A stretch of DNA of 61,493 bases, counting the filler. It is 6 parts of 6 records of this genome, joined end to end, with 100 filler letters (N's around TTAATTAATTAA, not from the genome) between each part and the next. Parts side by side here need not be neighbours in the genome. Positions count along the whole stretch, not along the records: positions 44,473 to 53,821 come from SRR31156797_9073; positions 53,922 to 61,493 come from SRR31156797_9098; 4 more parts are not named here. One strand, given 5' to 3'. Position numbers and translations under genes: made by a program. The notes under the pieces were generated by a model. It was not told the DNA's origin. It saw nothing but the letters and a program-made list of their open reading frames with translations, and searched no databases. Each line of letters starts with the position of its first letter. The stretch's first letter is position 1. Positions 51,711-61,493 of this stretch are shown piece by piece.

Positions 51711-52625
51711 CTACTCTTTGATCTCTTTTAAAATTGTTTCTACTTGTTTTTGTGCTTTTAATAAAACATCTATTGACTCTTTATCTTCTAAGGCTAAAGA
51801 AGAGATCCAGTTATATACATTTGGATACGCCACATGTAGTGTATCACTATCTTTCTTTTTATACATAGAGATTGAACATGGTGCAAAAGCTCCAGCTTCT
51901 GGTCGTATCTTTGCAACTGTATAGATCACAGGAAGTTTACAAATAGATTCAGAGAAGAAAATATCAAACTCTTTATTTCCCATTTTGTTAAGATAATAAT
52001 TAATATCTGTAAACCCTGCTTGTACAAACCCCTGAACTTCAAGTTTTGAATCAAAATCTTCTGTTAAATAATCACTCTCATCTTCCCAATTTTCAGGATC
52101 AAGTTTATAGATAGTTTTAGTTGTAAGTTTTTTATCAGTCTTTGCTATATCATACTCTATAGCTTCATACTCACCTTTTGGTAAAGCTTCAGCCAAAGCT
52201 TTTTTTACTTTCATACCTAAAGCTTTAAATGTAGGATTTGAGGCAGGAATATCAATGATCTTTGACATAGCATCTGTAGTTAAAAAAGCTACATGGATCC
52301 TATTTTCCCCTTTTCTTGTATATATTGACATACTCATAGGGGTAAATAATCCAATTTGTGGATACTCTTTTACTAATTCAAAAACCGACTCTGTGTGAAA
52401 AATAGTAAGTAAATTATAGGTTTCAAACTCTGTTGTTTTAAACTGTTTGATAAAAGGATCAGTCATATCACGATTATCAGCTATAAAAAACCCACTTTTT
52501 TTAAATACCTCTTCTATGGTTTTAGGGGTCACTTGATGATTCTCATTTTCTTGAGAGATTATATTTACATCATATGCAAATAAACCATTAAAACATAATA
52601 ACAAAATAAGATATACTTTGTTCAT
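51711..52625 (-). CDS. Exported tandem DUF302-like domain protein
   Basis: Signal peptide; two repeats with P.IGLFTPMSMSIY / PEAGAFAPCSISMY. Confidence 0.65.
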   Translation of the reverse strand: MNKVYLILLLCFNGLFAYDVNIISQENENHQVTPKTIEEVFKKSGFFIADNRDMTDPFIKQFKTTEFETYNLLTIFHTESVFELVKEYPQIGLFTPMSMSIYTRKGENRIHVAFLTTDAMSKIIDIPASNPTFKALGMKVKKALAEALPKGEYEAIEYDIAKTDKKLTTKTIYKLDPENWEDESDYLTEDFDSKLEVQGFVQAGFTDINYYLNKMGNKEFDIFFSESICKLPVIYTVAKIRPEAGAFAPCSISMYKKKDSDTLHVAYPNVYNWISSLALEDKESIDVLLKAQKQVETILKEIKE

Positions 52626-52713
52626 AACTGCTCCTTTAAATATAACTTTTTCTTAACTATAGAGTAGTTTTACTTCAAAGTATCTTAATAAGTTTTTATT
52701 ATACTTATAATTT

Positions 52714-53742
52714 TTATAATGTACTTATATCCACTACTTTAGAGGCATATCCCCATTCATTATCATACCAAAGAACTAGTTTTACCATTTTGTTTTTTAT
52801 CACTTCTGTGAAACGATGATCTATGATAGAAGTGTAAGAAGAGCTTTTAAAATCACTTGAGACTAAAGGATCAAAACTATTATAAAATACTTTAAATTTT
52901 TGCTCTTTTTGTAGCTGTTGGAAAAATGCTATGATCTCCTCTTTACTGGTTTGTTTTTTTACACTTATACTAATATTAATAGCTCCCACTGTTTCAGTTG
53001 GAACTCTAAATGAATTTGAACTAATAAGTTCTGCATTAATCAAAGGATGAACTAAAGAACATGCATCTATAGTGGTTGTATGACTAGGGATTATATTTTG
53101 TAAAGCACCTCTTCCAAACTCAAAGTTACAAGTGATATCTCTATCACTACTTCCTATACATCCACTATCTAAAGTTTTTTGATGGTTAAGTAATGGATGG
53201 ATCGTTGAGATATCCCCATACTCTATACCATAGTTCGTCTCAAGTGCTTTTAAAACTGGTAATAAAGCTGTTGCATTACATGAGCTTGTAGAGACGATCT
53301 TTTGCTCTTCACTATTATAAAGCTCCTCATTTACCCCTAAGATCATATTAATATCTGCCATCTTATTTGGATGGGTTAAAAAAACTGTTTGTACAGGAAG
53401 ACTTTTTAATATCTCTTTTTCTACTTTAACACCACTTGCATCAATGATGATATCAAGCTCTAAGCCTTTAAAATCTATATCTTGAATATTTTTTTTATGG
53501 CTTAGAAAAATTTTTTGAGAACCCCCAACTAAATACTCCCCATCTACTTGATATTTGTCATCTAAACTTCCATAGGTAGAATCATAGTTTATTGTATAAG
53601 CGATATTTTGTTTATTTGGTTTAAGCTCATTAATCGCTACTATTTGTATCTGTGGATTATTTTGTGCGATTCGAAAGATACACTTTCCAATCCGACCTAA
53701 TCCATTGATACAAACTCTTTTCAACGGCTTTTTACTCTTCAA
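52714..53742 (-). CDS. Divergent GAPDH-family dehydrogenase (possibly erythrose-4-phosphate dehydrogenase)
   Basis: INGLGRIG, YDSTYG, catalytic SSCNAT, RVPT and WYDNEWGY. Confidence 0.8.
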   Translation of the reverse strand: MKSKKPLKRVCINGLGRIGKCIFRIAQNNPQIQIVAINELKPNKQNIAYTINYDSTYGSLDDKYQVDGEYLVGGSQKIFLSHKKNIQDIDFKGLELDIIIDASGVKVEKEILKSLPVQTVFLTHPNKMADINMILGVNEELYNSEEQKIVSTSSCNATALLPVLKALETNYGIEYGDISTIHPLLNHQKTLDSGCIGSSDRDITCNFEFGRGALQNIIPSHTTTIDACSLVHPLINAELISSNSFRVPTETVGAINISISVKKQTSKEEIIAFFQQLQKEQKFKVFYNSFDPLVSSDFKSSSYTSIIDHRFTEVIKNKMVKLVLWYDNEWGYASKVVDISTL

Positions 53743-53821
53743 TAATAAGTGCTTTTACCCCAGGTAAAAGCTTTCCTTCAATAAGTTCAAGTGAAGCACC
53801 ACCACCAGTAGAGATAAATGT
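53732..53821 (-). CDS. pgk: Phosphoglycerate kinase, C-terminal end only
   Basis: The minus strand reads TFISTGGGASLELIEGKLLPGVKALIIEE*. Confidence 0.9.
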   Translation of the reverse strand, partial: TFISTGGGASLELIEGKLLPGVKALIIEE

Positions 53822-53921
53822 NNNNNNNNNNNNNNNNNNNNNNNNNNNNNNNNNNNNNNNNNNNNTTAATTAATTAANNNNNNNNNNNNNNNNNNNNNNN
53901 NNNNNNNNNNNNNNNNNNNNN
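53822..53921. other. Artificial contig spacer
   Basis: N-run with TTAATTAATTAA. Confidence 0.98.
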
Positions 53922-56060
53922 TGCAACCACTGCAAATCCTTTTCCAGCTTCTCCAGCAGTAGCTGCTTCAACAGCAGCATTTAAAGAAAGAATATTGGTT
54001 TGGAATGCAATTTGATCAATTACTGTGATCGCTTCATGGATTGATGCTACTTCATTATTAATTTCATCCATAGCATTAGTTGTCTGATTCGCTAGTTTTT
54101 CACCATCATTTGCTGAAGAACTTAAGCTATTTGCATAATTTGCCATTTGTGCAACGGTTTCAGTGTTACTAGAGATTGTACTTGTTATCTCTTCTAAAGC
54201 TGCTGCTGTTTCTTCAAGTCTTGCTGCTGCTTCATTTGAAGAACTATTTAAAGTTTGTACATTATTTAAAAGATCATTGGCACTATTTTGTAAAGAGATA
54301 CCATTTGTTTTATTCTCAACAAGCATCTCATTAATAATTTCAGCTAAAGCATTTAGCCCTTTTCCTGTTATCCCATGACATTCAGGTAATCTATGGGTAA
54401 AATCTAAACGTTGATAATGTTCAAGTGCAGTTTGTATTTTATTGAGATCACCCGATACATTATTTGTAAGGATTTTAAGCATCTCATTTAAAAGATCTTT
54501 CAACTCATTTAAGCTTTGATTTGAAGTTGATTGGGTGATCTCTTGTTTAAATAGTCCATCATTTACTTTACCAACTACTACTTTTACTTCATCTATAAGT
54601 CTTTGATCTTGCTCTATAAGTGATTGTGTTTTTTTAATATTTTCATTGACTACTTCAGACATATGCCCTATCTCATCATTTGCCTCAATTTTTAATAATT
54701 CAGCTTTAGAGTTTTCTTTATTCAGGTATTTAAAAAAGTTAAGTAGTCCTTGCTGGAAGTTTTGTAAAGGATGAACAAGTGATCTATTCATAAAGAAGAT
54801 ATTGACTAAGATTACGATGGCAAATACGATAAATGAAGAGATGATCATAATATTTCGAATTGAAGCAATAGGCTCTAAAGCTTCACTTTCATCAATCTCT
54901 GCAATGACTGCCCATTTTACTTGACCAAAAAGATCAACACTTGTATAGACACTTAAAACATTGATATTTCTATAATCGGGGATGATCCAGTGACCAGTTT
55001 GTCCACTTAATGCTTCTTTTACTGAGTCTGTTTTTATCTTCCACACTCCAATAGTTGATCCTAGGTCTTGAACTACTTTATCTTGGATATCTTTTTGAAA
55101 TCTAGAGTTACTTCTCATTTTATAATCACTTCCTACAAGATACGCTTCACCACTCATCCCAAGTCCTGCTTCTTTAAAGTGTCCACCAAATTGCATAATA
55201 GAGTTGATAGCATCTACTGGCATTTGGAAGATGAGTACCCCTTTTTTGATCCCATCTATAAATATAGGAGTTGACATAAATGATGCAGCTGCATTATAAC
55301 TTGGCTCATATGGTGCAAAATCTTCAAAGATGATCTCACCCTCATTTATATTTAAAGCCTTTTGATATGCTTTTCCTATCCCTGTATTAGCATACACACC
55401 ATTTTTTAAATTGGTTGCATAATCTTTCTCTTTAAAATCTGTATAGATAAGGTTCCCTTGTAGGTCAACCATGAAGATGTCATAGAGCTCATATGCTGCT
55501 AAAAACTTATTAAATGAGTCATGGTATTTTTGGTGCGCTTGCATATAGGCACTGTTATATTCTGGATTATAATACATATTGTTTTTTTCACCAAGTTTCT
55601 CTTTATTATCAGTGATAAAGATATATTGAGCAATCTTAGCATTTGGATCATTTGGGATATATGCGTTGATATCTTTTCTTTTATCTGCATTTGGAACATT
55701 GTAATTGACTGAGTTTAGATAGTTTTGCTCAAAATCTGATTTTAATTTTTGAGTGATGGTATCTATATCTAAATTTAACTCATTTTGAAGTTGGTAAAAT
55801 CCACTTTCAAAGGCACTAAACGCATCTTTTGTTCCTTGTTGTGCAGCTAAAGAGGTTAGGAGACCTTTGAGGTATCCAAAATATTTTGTGATCTCCTCTT
55901 TTTTCGTAGATTCAGCTGTTTCTAATTTTGCAAACTCTGCATCAAGTAAAGCATCAGTCGTTCGTGTTACTGAAAGGATTGTTGTGATGATTGTAAGTAC
56001 TAGCATTCCAATTACAAGAACACTTAGTAGTTTCCCTTTTATACTAAGATTTTTAAACAT
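53922..56060 (-). CDS. Methyl-accepting chemotaxis protein with a Cache-type sensor, 3' truncated
   Basis: [25 protein letters not shown] and GEAYLVG; MCP signalling motif at the C-terminus. Confidence 0.92.
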
Positions 56061-56188
56061 TATTGTGACTCCTTTTATGGCGTAATTGTATAAAAAAAAT
56101 GGTGAAAGGCTGTTTAAAATTTAGACAAATTTATGATAATGGAATAATAATGTAATAGGAATAAATTAGTTGTAAAAAAGACTATTTT

Positions 56189-57418
56189 TTATACAACAAA
56201 TTCCATTACACGCCCTAAATGTTGAAATTTTTGAAGATTTTTTTTCTCACTTATAACAAAAAGAATTTGTGAGATCAAAGGTTCTGTTATCTCAAACTCT
56301 CCATCTGTAAGAACCATCAATAAATTGTCACTTCTTATTTCACTGGTTTTTAGATATCGTAATACTTCATCAAAGTTTGTTCCCCCATCACTTTTAGGGA
56401 TAAAAAGAGCATCATCATCTAAAACATTAAAACTATCAAAAGATAAAATATGTTCTGTTTTGACAAATTTATCAAATGGAACTATAGTGATCTTATATTC
56501 ATAAAATCCCTCACAAAGCTCTTTAACCACTCCTAAAAACTTTTTATACTCATCAAGTGTGACACTAGAGCTACTATCTAAAGCAATATATACTTCAATG
56601 AGTTCATCACTTTTTTTTGTCCCTGGTAGATAGAGTCCAGTGTGAATAAAACGTTTATCCGGTCGTGCGTAAGTTGATTGTTTTTCAAACATAGATGATA
56701 TAAGATACTCTTTAAGCGCATCATAGAGATCAATATCTGGTTTTATTAAGGTATCTATCTCAATTGCCATCCCCGAATAAGCAGTGGTATTTTTCTTTGC
56801 AATTGAAAGAGCTTGGATGATGATCCCATCAAGTTTTTCCATATCCCCTTGATCTGTTTTTTCATTGGGAACCTCTTCAAGATCTTGCTTGGTTTTATCA
56901 TGGATATAAGCTTTTAGATCCCCTTTAGGATCAGGAGTTACTTTTGCTTGGTTCTCTTCCTCTTCATTCTCATCTGCTCCATTATCTTCATCTTCTTTCT
57001 CATCCTCTTTATATAGGATCTCATACACCTCTTCCACACATTTATCTTTTAGATCACTGTCTGTAAGTTCATCAAATGGTTTATCTCCCACATTTGAAAA
57101 ACTTTCTAATATATTATTTACAACGATATTTGAAGCGGCATTCCAAATTTTTGGATCTCTTGTTTTTATCCTATGGGCATGTTTTAAAACAATATGTAAA
57201 AGAGTATGTGCATATTGATAAGTGATATTCTCTTCTGAATAGTTTTCAAGCTTTTGAAGATCTATAGTGATCTGTGCTCCATTGGTTTGAAAAGGGGAGT
57301 TTTCATTTTCTTTAAAAACTGTTGGTATTGATAATGCTAATACCGAAAGAAAGGGATGGTTAAATAAAAAGTTGATCCGAATCTTTGCAAAAAGCTCATT
57401 TATAGTATTTGTTGACAT
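56189..57418 (-). CDS. DUF2201-type VWA-like protein with a metallopeptidase-like N-terminus
   Basis: AHTLLHIVLKH, WNAASNIVVN, MIDAS-like ALDSSSSV, GGTNF and LTDG. Confidence 0.8.
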   Translation of the reverse strand: MSTNTINELFAKIRINFLFNHPFLSVLALSIPTVFKENENSPFQTNGAQITIDLQKLENYSEENITYQYAHTLLHIVLKHAHRIKTRDPKIWNAASNIVVNNILESFSNVGDKPFDELTDSDLKDKCVEEVYEILYKEDEKEDEDNGADENEEEENQAKVTPDPKGDLKAYIHDKTKQDLEEVPNEKTDQGDMEKLDGIIIQALSIAKKNTTAYSGMAIEIDTLIKPDIDLYDALKEYLISSMFEKQSTYARPDKRFIHTGLYLPGTKKSDELIEVYIALDSSSSVTLDEYKKFLGVVKELCEGFYEYKITIVPFDKFVKTEHILSFDSFNVLDDDALFIPKSDGGTNFDEVLRYLKTSEIRSDNLLMVLTDGEFEITEPLISQILFVISEKKNLQKFQHLGRVMEFVV

Positions 57419-57606
57419 AGAATGTAAGATGCAAAAAACATACCTTTGAGAAGATCTATTTAGACAATGTTTAATTATTACTTTTTCAAATAGTTAAATA
57501 TAAATTATTATTATGATTTAAGTTGGTTTTTGTAAGTATAAAAGAGTTTTAAAGAGTACAAGGTTTCATATAAAATGACAAATCTAGCAAAATGAAAGGA
57601 TATATT

Positions 57607-57876
57607 ATGGTAGATGGAAAAAAAGGATATGAAGACTCATTAACAAGAAGAGCATTTTTTAAAAACTTAGCAGTTTTAGGTTTAGTTTCTTTCTCAACAA
57701 CATCATTGTATGCAAAAGGTTCAAAAAAACAGTTTGAATATCAAGATACACCAAAAAATGGGGAAGCCTGTAAAGAGTGTATGCACTTTGAACCAGAAAA
57801 AAACCAATGTAAGATTATAGAAGGATCAATCTCTCCAGATGGCTGGTGTAATCTCTATCGTAAATTACCAGCATAA
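57607..57876 (+). CDS. High-potential iron-sulfur protein (HiPIP) with a Tat signal
   Basis: SLTRRAFFK; YQD.P..C..C..F.....C..IEG.ISP.GWC..Y. Confidence 0.85.
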   Translation: MVDGKKGYEDSLTRRAFFKNLAVLGLVSFSTTSLYAKGSKKQFEYQDTPKNGEACKECMHFEPEKNQCKIIEGSISPDGWCNLYRKLPA

Positions 57877-57893
57877 TTAAAGATAAAAGAGGA

Positions 57894-60809
57894 TTATTGT
57901 TCTTTTGAGAGATCTTTTTGGGTATTAAAAATTACTTGAAAACAAGCACCCGTGTAGTTTTTATTCTTATATTCAAACTCTTTATTAAAAACATGGATAG
58001 TTCCTTTATGTCTTTGTCTAACGATCTTATCGGTCATAGAAAGACCAAGACCAGTTCCTAAAGATTTGTGTTTTGTACTAAAGTATGGTTCAAAGATCCT
58101 ATGGATGATATCCTCTTCTATCCCACCTGCATTATCTAAAAGTTCGATCATGATACTATGCTTGTCAGGTTTTTTTATAGTTATAAACATATATCTAGGA
58201 GAGGTTTTTTGATCAAGTTCTCTTAAAGCATCTTTGGCATTATTTAAGATATTTATAAATGCTTGTTCAAGTTCATTTTTATTTCCTAAGATAGTAAGAT
58301 CTTCTTTTATATCAGTAATAAGATTGATAAAGTTCCCTTTTAACGAAGCGTCTATCAAGCGCAAGGTTTCTTGTAAAACCTCTTTTAAACTAGTTTGAGT
58401 GTAATGAACATCTCCTTTGATAAAGTTTTTAAAGTCATCAATGGTTTTTGAGAGATAATTACTTTGATCAACGATCATTGTAGCAAAACTCGTTATATCC
58501 TCTTTTGTGACTTCATCCACATCAGCTTTAAGCTCCAAGGCTCCAGCACTTGTAGTGATGATACTAAGAGGTTGTCTCCATTGGTGTGCAATATTTCCTA
58601 TCATCTCACCCATAGAGGCTAATTTTGATTGCTCTTCAAGAAGTTTTAAAGTGGTCATATCTTTTGCTACGAGCAAAAGTCGCTCTTTATCTGGAAGTAG
58701 TGAAATAGTCATCATAACTGTAAGTTGTCTTCCATCTTGTCTGATACATCGTTTTTCAAAGTTTTCAATAAAGCCAAACTCCATCACTGCTTTAAACGCT
58801 GCTTCATTTTTCTCCCAGTCCTCTTCATAGGTAAGTTCTTTGCAGTTTTTAGTTAAGATCTCCTCTTCTGTAAAGCCTGTCATTTTTAAATATGCATTAT
58901 TACATGTTAAAAAGTTTGCTTCAAGATCTGTGATAGCGATCCCCTCTTTAGAATAGTTAAATACTGCTTCAAATTCATCTTTTTGCTCTTGTAATATTCT
59001 TTGGGTATTTTTTTGCTCAGTAATATCTCTAGATGAAGAATATATATGTTTTTCTCCATCAATCTCTATAAGTTTTGCATGGACTTGAACATCAAGTGTT
59101 TCCCCATTTTTTGTTTTATATTGTGTTTCGATGGTTTGTGGTTTTATCTCTAGATTAAAAAGAAGATTTTGAAGTGTATCAATATTAAGATCCCAATCTT
59201 TAATATTCTTGGTATATATCTCTTCAAGAGTATATCCAAGCATTTTAGAAAAAGAGTGACTACATTCTAAAAGGTTACCATTTTTATCTACAATATGGAT
59301 ACCATCAGATGCAAAGTCCAAGATATTTTTATATTTCGTTTTCTCTTCTGCTAAGTTTTTATGGAGTGCTGAGAGATTTTCCAATGTGGCTTCTAGTTCG
59401 TCATTAGTCTCTTCTAGTTCTCTATTCATATTGGCTAGTTTTTCTTGTTGTTGATAGCTATTGGTTATATCGTAGACACTTCCAACTGATTTTATGTAGA
59501 TCCCATTTTCATCAAAAAAGTGCTTTGCTCTATGTTCTACTACTTTTATATAGTTTTTTGTTTCTATTTGGTGAATTAGAAAAAACTCTTCTTGTTTTTC
59601 TATAGATTCTTGCCAAACTTTTTGTAAGGTCTCTTTTTGTGATTCAGGGAGAAACTCTAAAAACTTCTCTTTTGTAATATTCTCTTTTGTATTTTTTATA
59701 TCAAAGATCTCATAAACTCCAGGACTCCATACAAGTTTATTAGTTTTTGGAAGATGCTCAAAGAAACCAATTTTTGCTATTTTTGAAGCAGAGTTTAGGT
59801 TTTCATTGAGTGAAGTGATCTTTTTAAGATTTAAAAGAGTTGTGCTAAATCTTTTAACGATCAATATACTTAAAACTAGAGAAAATATAAAAATAATAGA
59901 GGCAACTAAAATTTGCTGTTGTATTTTTTGTTTTTGTTGTGCATCGAGATAGGATTGTTTTAATTGAAGTATTAAATACAATTCATCCTCTATTGGGATA
60001 TCTAATCTTTTAGAAACAAATTTATCAGTTATATAGAGTCCTTTACTTAAGATTTTTTGGTATTCTTGTGGAAAATCACTTGCAATAGTAAATTTTGCTT
60101 TTTTATAAAAGCCCCAGCTTTTTTCATTAGTATAGTGAATAAGAGGAAATCCACTTTTATTAGATAAAATCATATCATATAAAGGGGCATTAATAAATTT
60201 AGCTAAAAAGTTTTTCATAAAATAGTTTATAATTAAAATACCCCCAAACTCTCCATTATGATTAATTGGATAGATGGCTCTAATAGTTGGTTTAAAAGGA
60301 AGCTCTACTTTCCCTCTTTCAACATTTAAATCAAGTGCAGAGAACCAAACTTTCTCTAGCTCTTTTTTTATTGAGTCTTTAAAATAATATCTATCATATT
60401 TATTTTGAAGTTTGATCTTAGAAACAGTATAAGCATCTGCATCTTCTTTATCCCTATCGATTCGTATTTGTTCTTGACCATTCTTATCAATGTATCGTAG
60501 CTGCATAAAGTTTGGTTGACTTTTTGAATGGGAGAGAAAGATATCTTCAAGAATACTCTTTTCAATATTCCCATTTAGATATTTTTCAAAAAGCTCAAGC
60601 TCTCTTAAAGAGTGTAGGGTAGCTTTAGATTGTTCTAAAAAGATTTTCAAGACAGTTTCTCGTTCACCCACTTTTTTTGTAGCATTTTGCAGAGCTATTT
60701 TTTCAGTAGTATTTCCAAAAAAAATAGCATCTGCACTTATACTAGCAATAGATAAGATTATTGAGAAGATAATAAATGTTAAAAAAAGTTTTATTTTTGC
60801 ATTGCTCAT
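57894..60809 (-). CDS. Cache/multi-PAS sensor histidine kinase
   Basis: Periplasmic QLRYID..G.E.IR; three PAS-like segments; IAHQWRQPL, NNAKDA, DNAGGI and GTGLGL. Confidence 0.9.
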   Translation of the reverse strand: MSNAKIKLFLTFIIFSIILSIASISADAIFFGNTTEKIALQNATKKVGERETVLKIFLEQSKATLHSLRELELFEKYLNGNIEKSILEDIFLSHSKSQPNFMQLRYIDKNGQEQIRIDRDKEDADAYTVSKIKLQNKYDRYYFKDSIKKELEKVWFSALDLNVERGKVELPFKPTIRAIYPINHNGEFGGILIINYFMKNFLAKFINAPLYDMILSNKSGFPLIHYTNEKSWGFYKKAKFTIASDFPQEYQKILSKGLYITDKFVSKRLDIPIEDELYLILQLKQSYLDAQQKQKIQQQILVASIIFIFSLVLSILIVKRFSTTLLNLKKITSLNENLNSASKIAKIGFFEHLPKTNKLVWSPGVYEIFDIKNTKENITKEKFLEFLPESQKETLQKVWQESIEKQEEFFLIHQIETKNYIKVVEHRAKHFFDENGIYIKSVGSVYDITNSYQQQEKLANMNRELEETNDELEATLENLSALHKNLAEEKTKYKNILDFASDGIHIVDKNGNLLECSHSFSKMLGYTLEEIYTKNIKDWDLNIDTLQNLLFNLEIKPQTIETQYKTKNGETLDVQVHAKLIEIDGEKHIYSSSRDITEQKNTQRILQEQKDEFEAVFNYSKEGIAITDLEANFLTCNNAYLKMTGFTEEEILTKNCKELTYEEDWEKNEAAFKAVMEFGFIENFEKRCIRQDGRQLTVMMTISLLPDKERLLLVAKDMTTLKLLEEQSKLASMGEMIGNIAHQWRQPLSIITTSAGALELKADVDEVTKEDITSFATMIVDQSNYLSKTIDDFKNFIKGDVHYTQTSLKEVLQETLRLIDASLKGNFINLITDIKEDLTILGNKNELEQAFINILNNAKDALRELDQKTSPRYMFITIKKPDKHSIMIELLDNAGGIEEDIIHRIFEPYFSTKHKSLGTGLGLSMTDKIVRQRHKGTIHVFNKEFEYKNKNYTGACFQVIFNTQKDLSKEQ

Positions 60810-60913
60810 AGAAAATCTTTACTAGTAATATTCCATTTATTATACATTAAAAAAACTGTAAAAGAGACTATAAAAAATAACTCTTTACGACTTTTTGTGA
60901 CGAAAAATTGTAA

Positions 60914-61492
60914 CTAAATTATATAATCTCCATATTTTTCAAGCCATTCATCAAATTGGCTTAATTCTGCAATAGATTCATCTTTTACAATTAAGTCTTT
61001 TATAAGCATCACACAAAACTCCACTGGAAGTTTTTTTGAATATTCAAAAAGATGTACAGCTTGTTCATTTTTGTTATATTTTTCAATCACTGCAGCACAA
61101 AGTGCATATAAGGCACTTGGTTCGTCTGGAACGATATCATTTTCTCCACTTAAAATAGCATCAATATCTGGAAGCTCTTTATATACTTTGACAAAAGAGA
61201 TAAACTCAATCCCAGCTCCATATCCTACAGTTCCATAAACAATAGGATGGATCTTATTGATATCTGCACTTGATTGTAAGATATGTGAGAGCATATCCCA
61301 AGCTCTAGGGGTACAAAATGCTGGATTAGTTTCAGTACTTGCAGGAACTTCTGTACTTAAAAGGTCAGGACGAAACCCTAGAAACCCAATAATAAATGGA
61401 TGGATATTATTCTTAATCGCCCAAACTTTAAAGTCATCATATTTTGCTTCTAAAACAATATGTACCATTCTATTAATAAGTGGACTAGGAAG
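60914..61492 (-). CDS. MoxR-like AAA ATPase, C-terminal part
   Basis: LPSPLINRMVH, WA..NNIHP.II.FL..RPDLL and FCTPRAWD. Confidence 0.8.
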   Translation of the reverse strand, partial: LPSPLINRMVHIVLEAKYDDFKVWAIKNNIHPFIIGFLGFRPDLLSTEVPASTETNPAFCTPRAWDMLSHILQSSADINKIHPIVYGTVGYGAGIEFISFVKVYKELPDIDAILSGENDIVPDEPSALYALCAAVIEKYNKNEQAVHLFEYSKKLPVEFCVMLIKDLIVKDESIAELSQFDEWLEKYGDYII

Positions 61493-61493
61493 T

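Overview
The window is not one locus. It is six unrelated contigs joined by 100-bp N/TTAATTAATTAA spacers. (A) 1-9056 is an AT-rich anaerobe: aspA tail, a KamA-family radical SAM gene with an attenuator-type leader, a URO-D-family gene, HTH-Fic, an aldo/keto reductase and an ABC solute-binding protein. (B) 9157-17346 is GC-rich and deltaproteobacterial-like: an FpvKCDEF-like metal ABC operon, an OmpR/histidine-kinase pair and an MCP. (C) 17447-29729 is an AT-rich accessory region: a candidate two-hairpin sRNA, a run of co-oriented cassette-like genes and several deletion pseudogenes. (D) 29830-44372 is clostridial-like: rpoB, membrane proteins, TetR with a heterodimeric ABC exporter, DUF368 and a partial tRNA. 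(E) 44473-53821 and (F) 53922-61493 are Campylobacterota (Arcobacter-like) housekeeping and signalling genes. Taxonomic labels are inferred from composition and protein style. No CRISPR array, integrase, transposase or reverse transcriptase is visible. The most striking unexplained feature is 34927-35834. A consensus sigma-A promoter overlapped by LexA/DinR-type boxes is followed by about 550 nt of hairpins with C/U-rich anti-Shine-Dalgarno loops, one of which is a 12-nt complement of the rpoB ribosome-binding site, and then by a small orphan gene. All protein family calls come from motif recognition by eye; no database searches were run.
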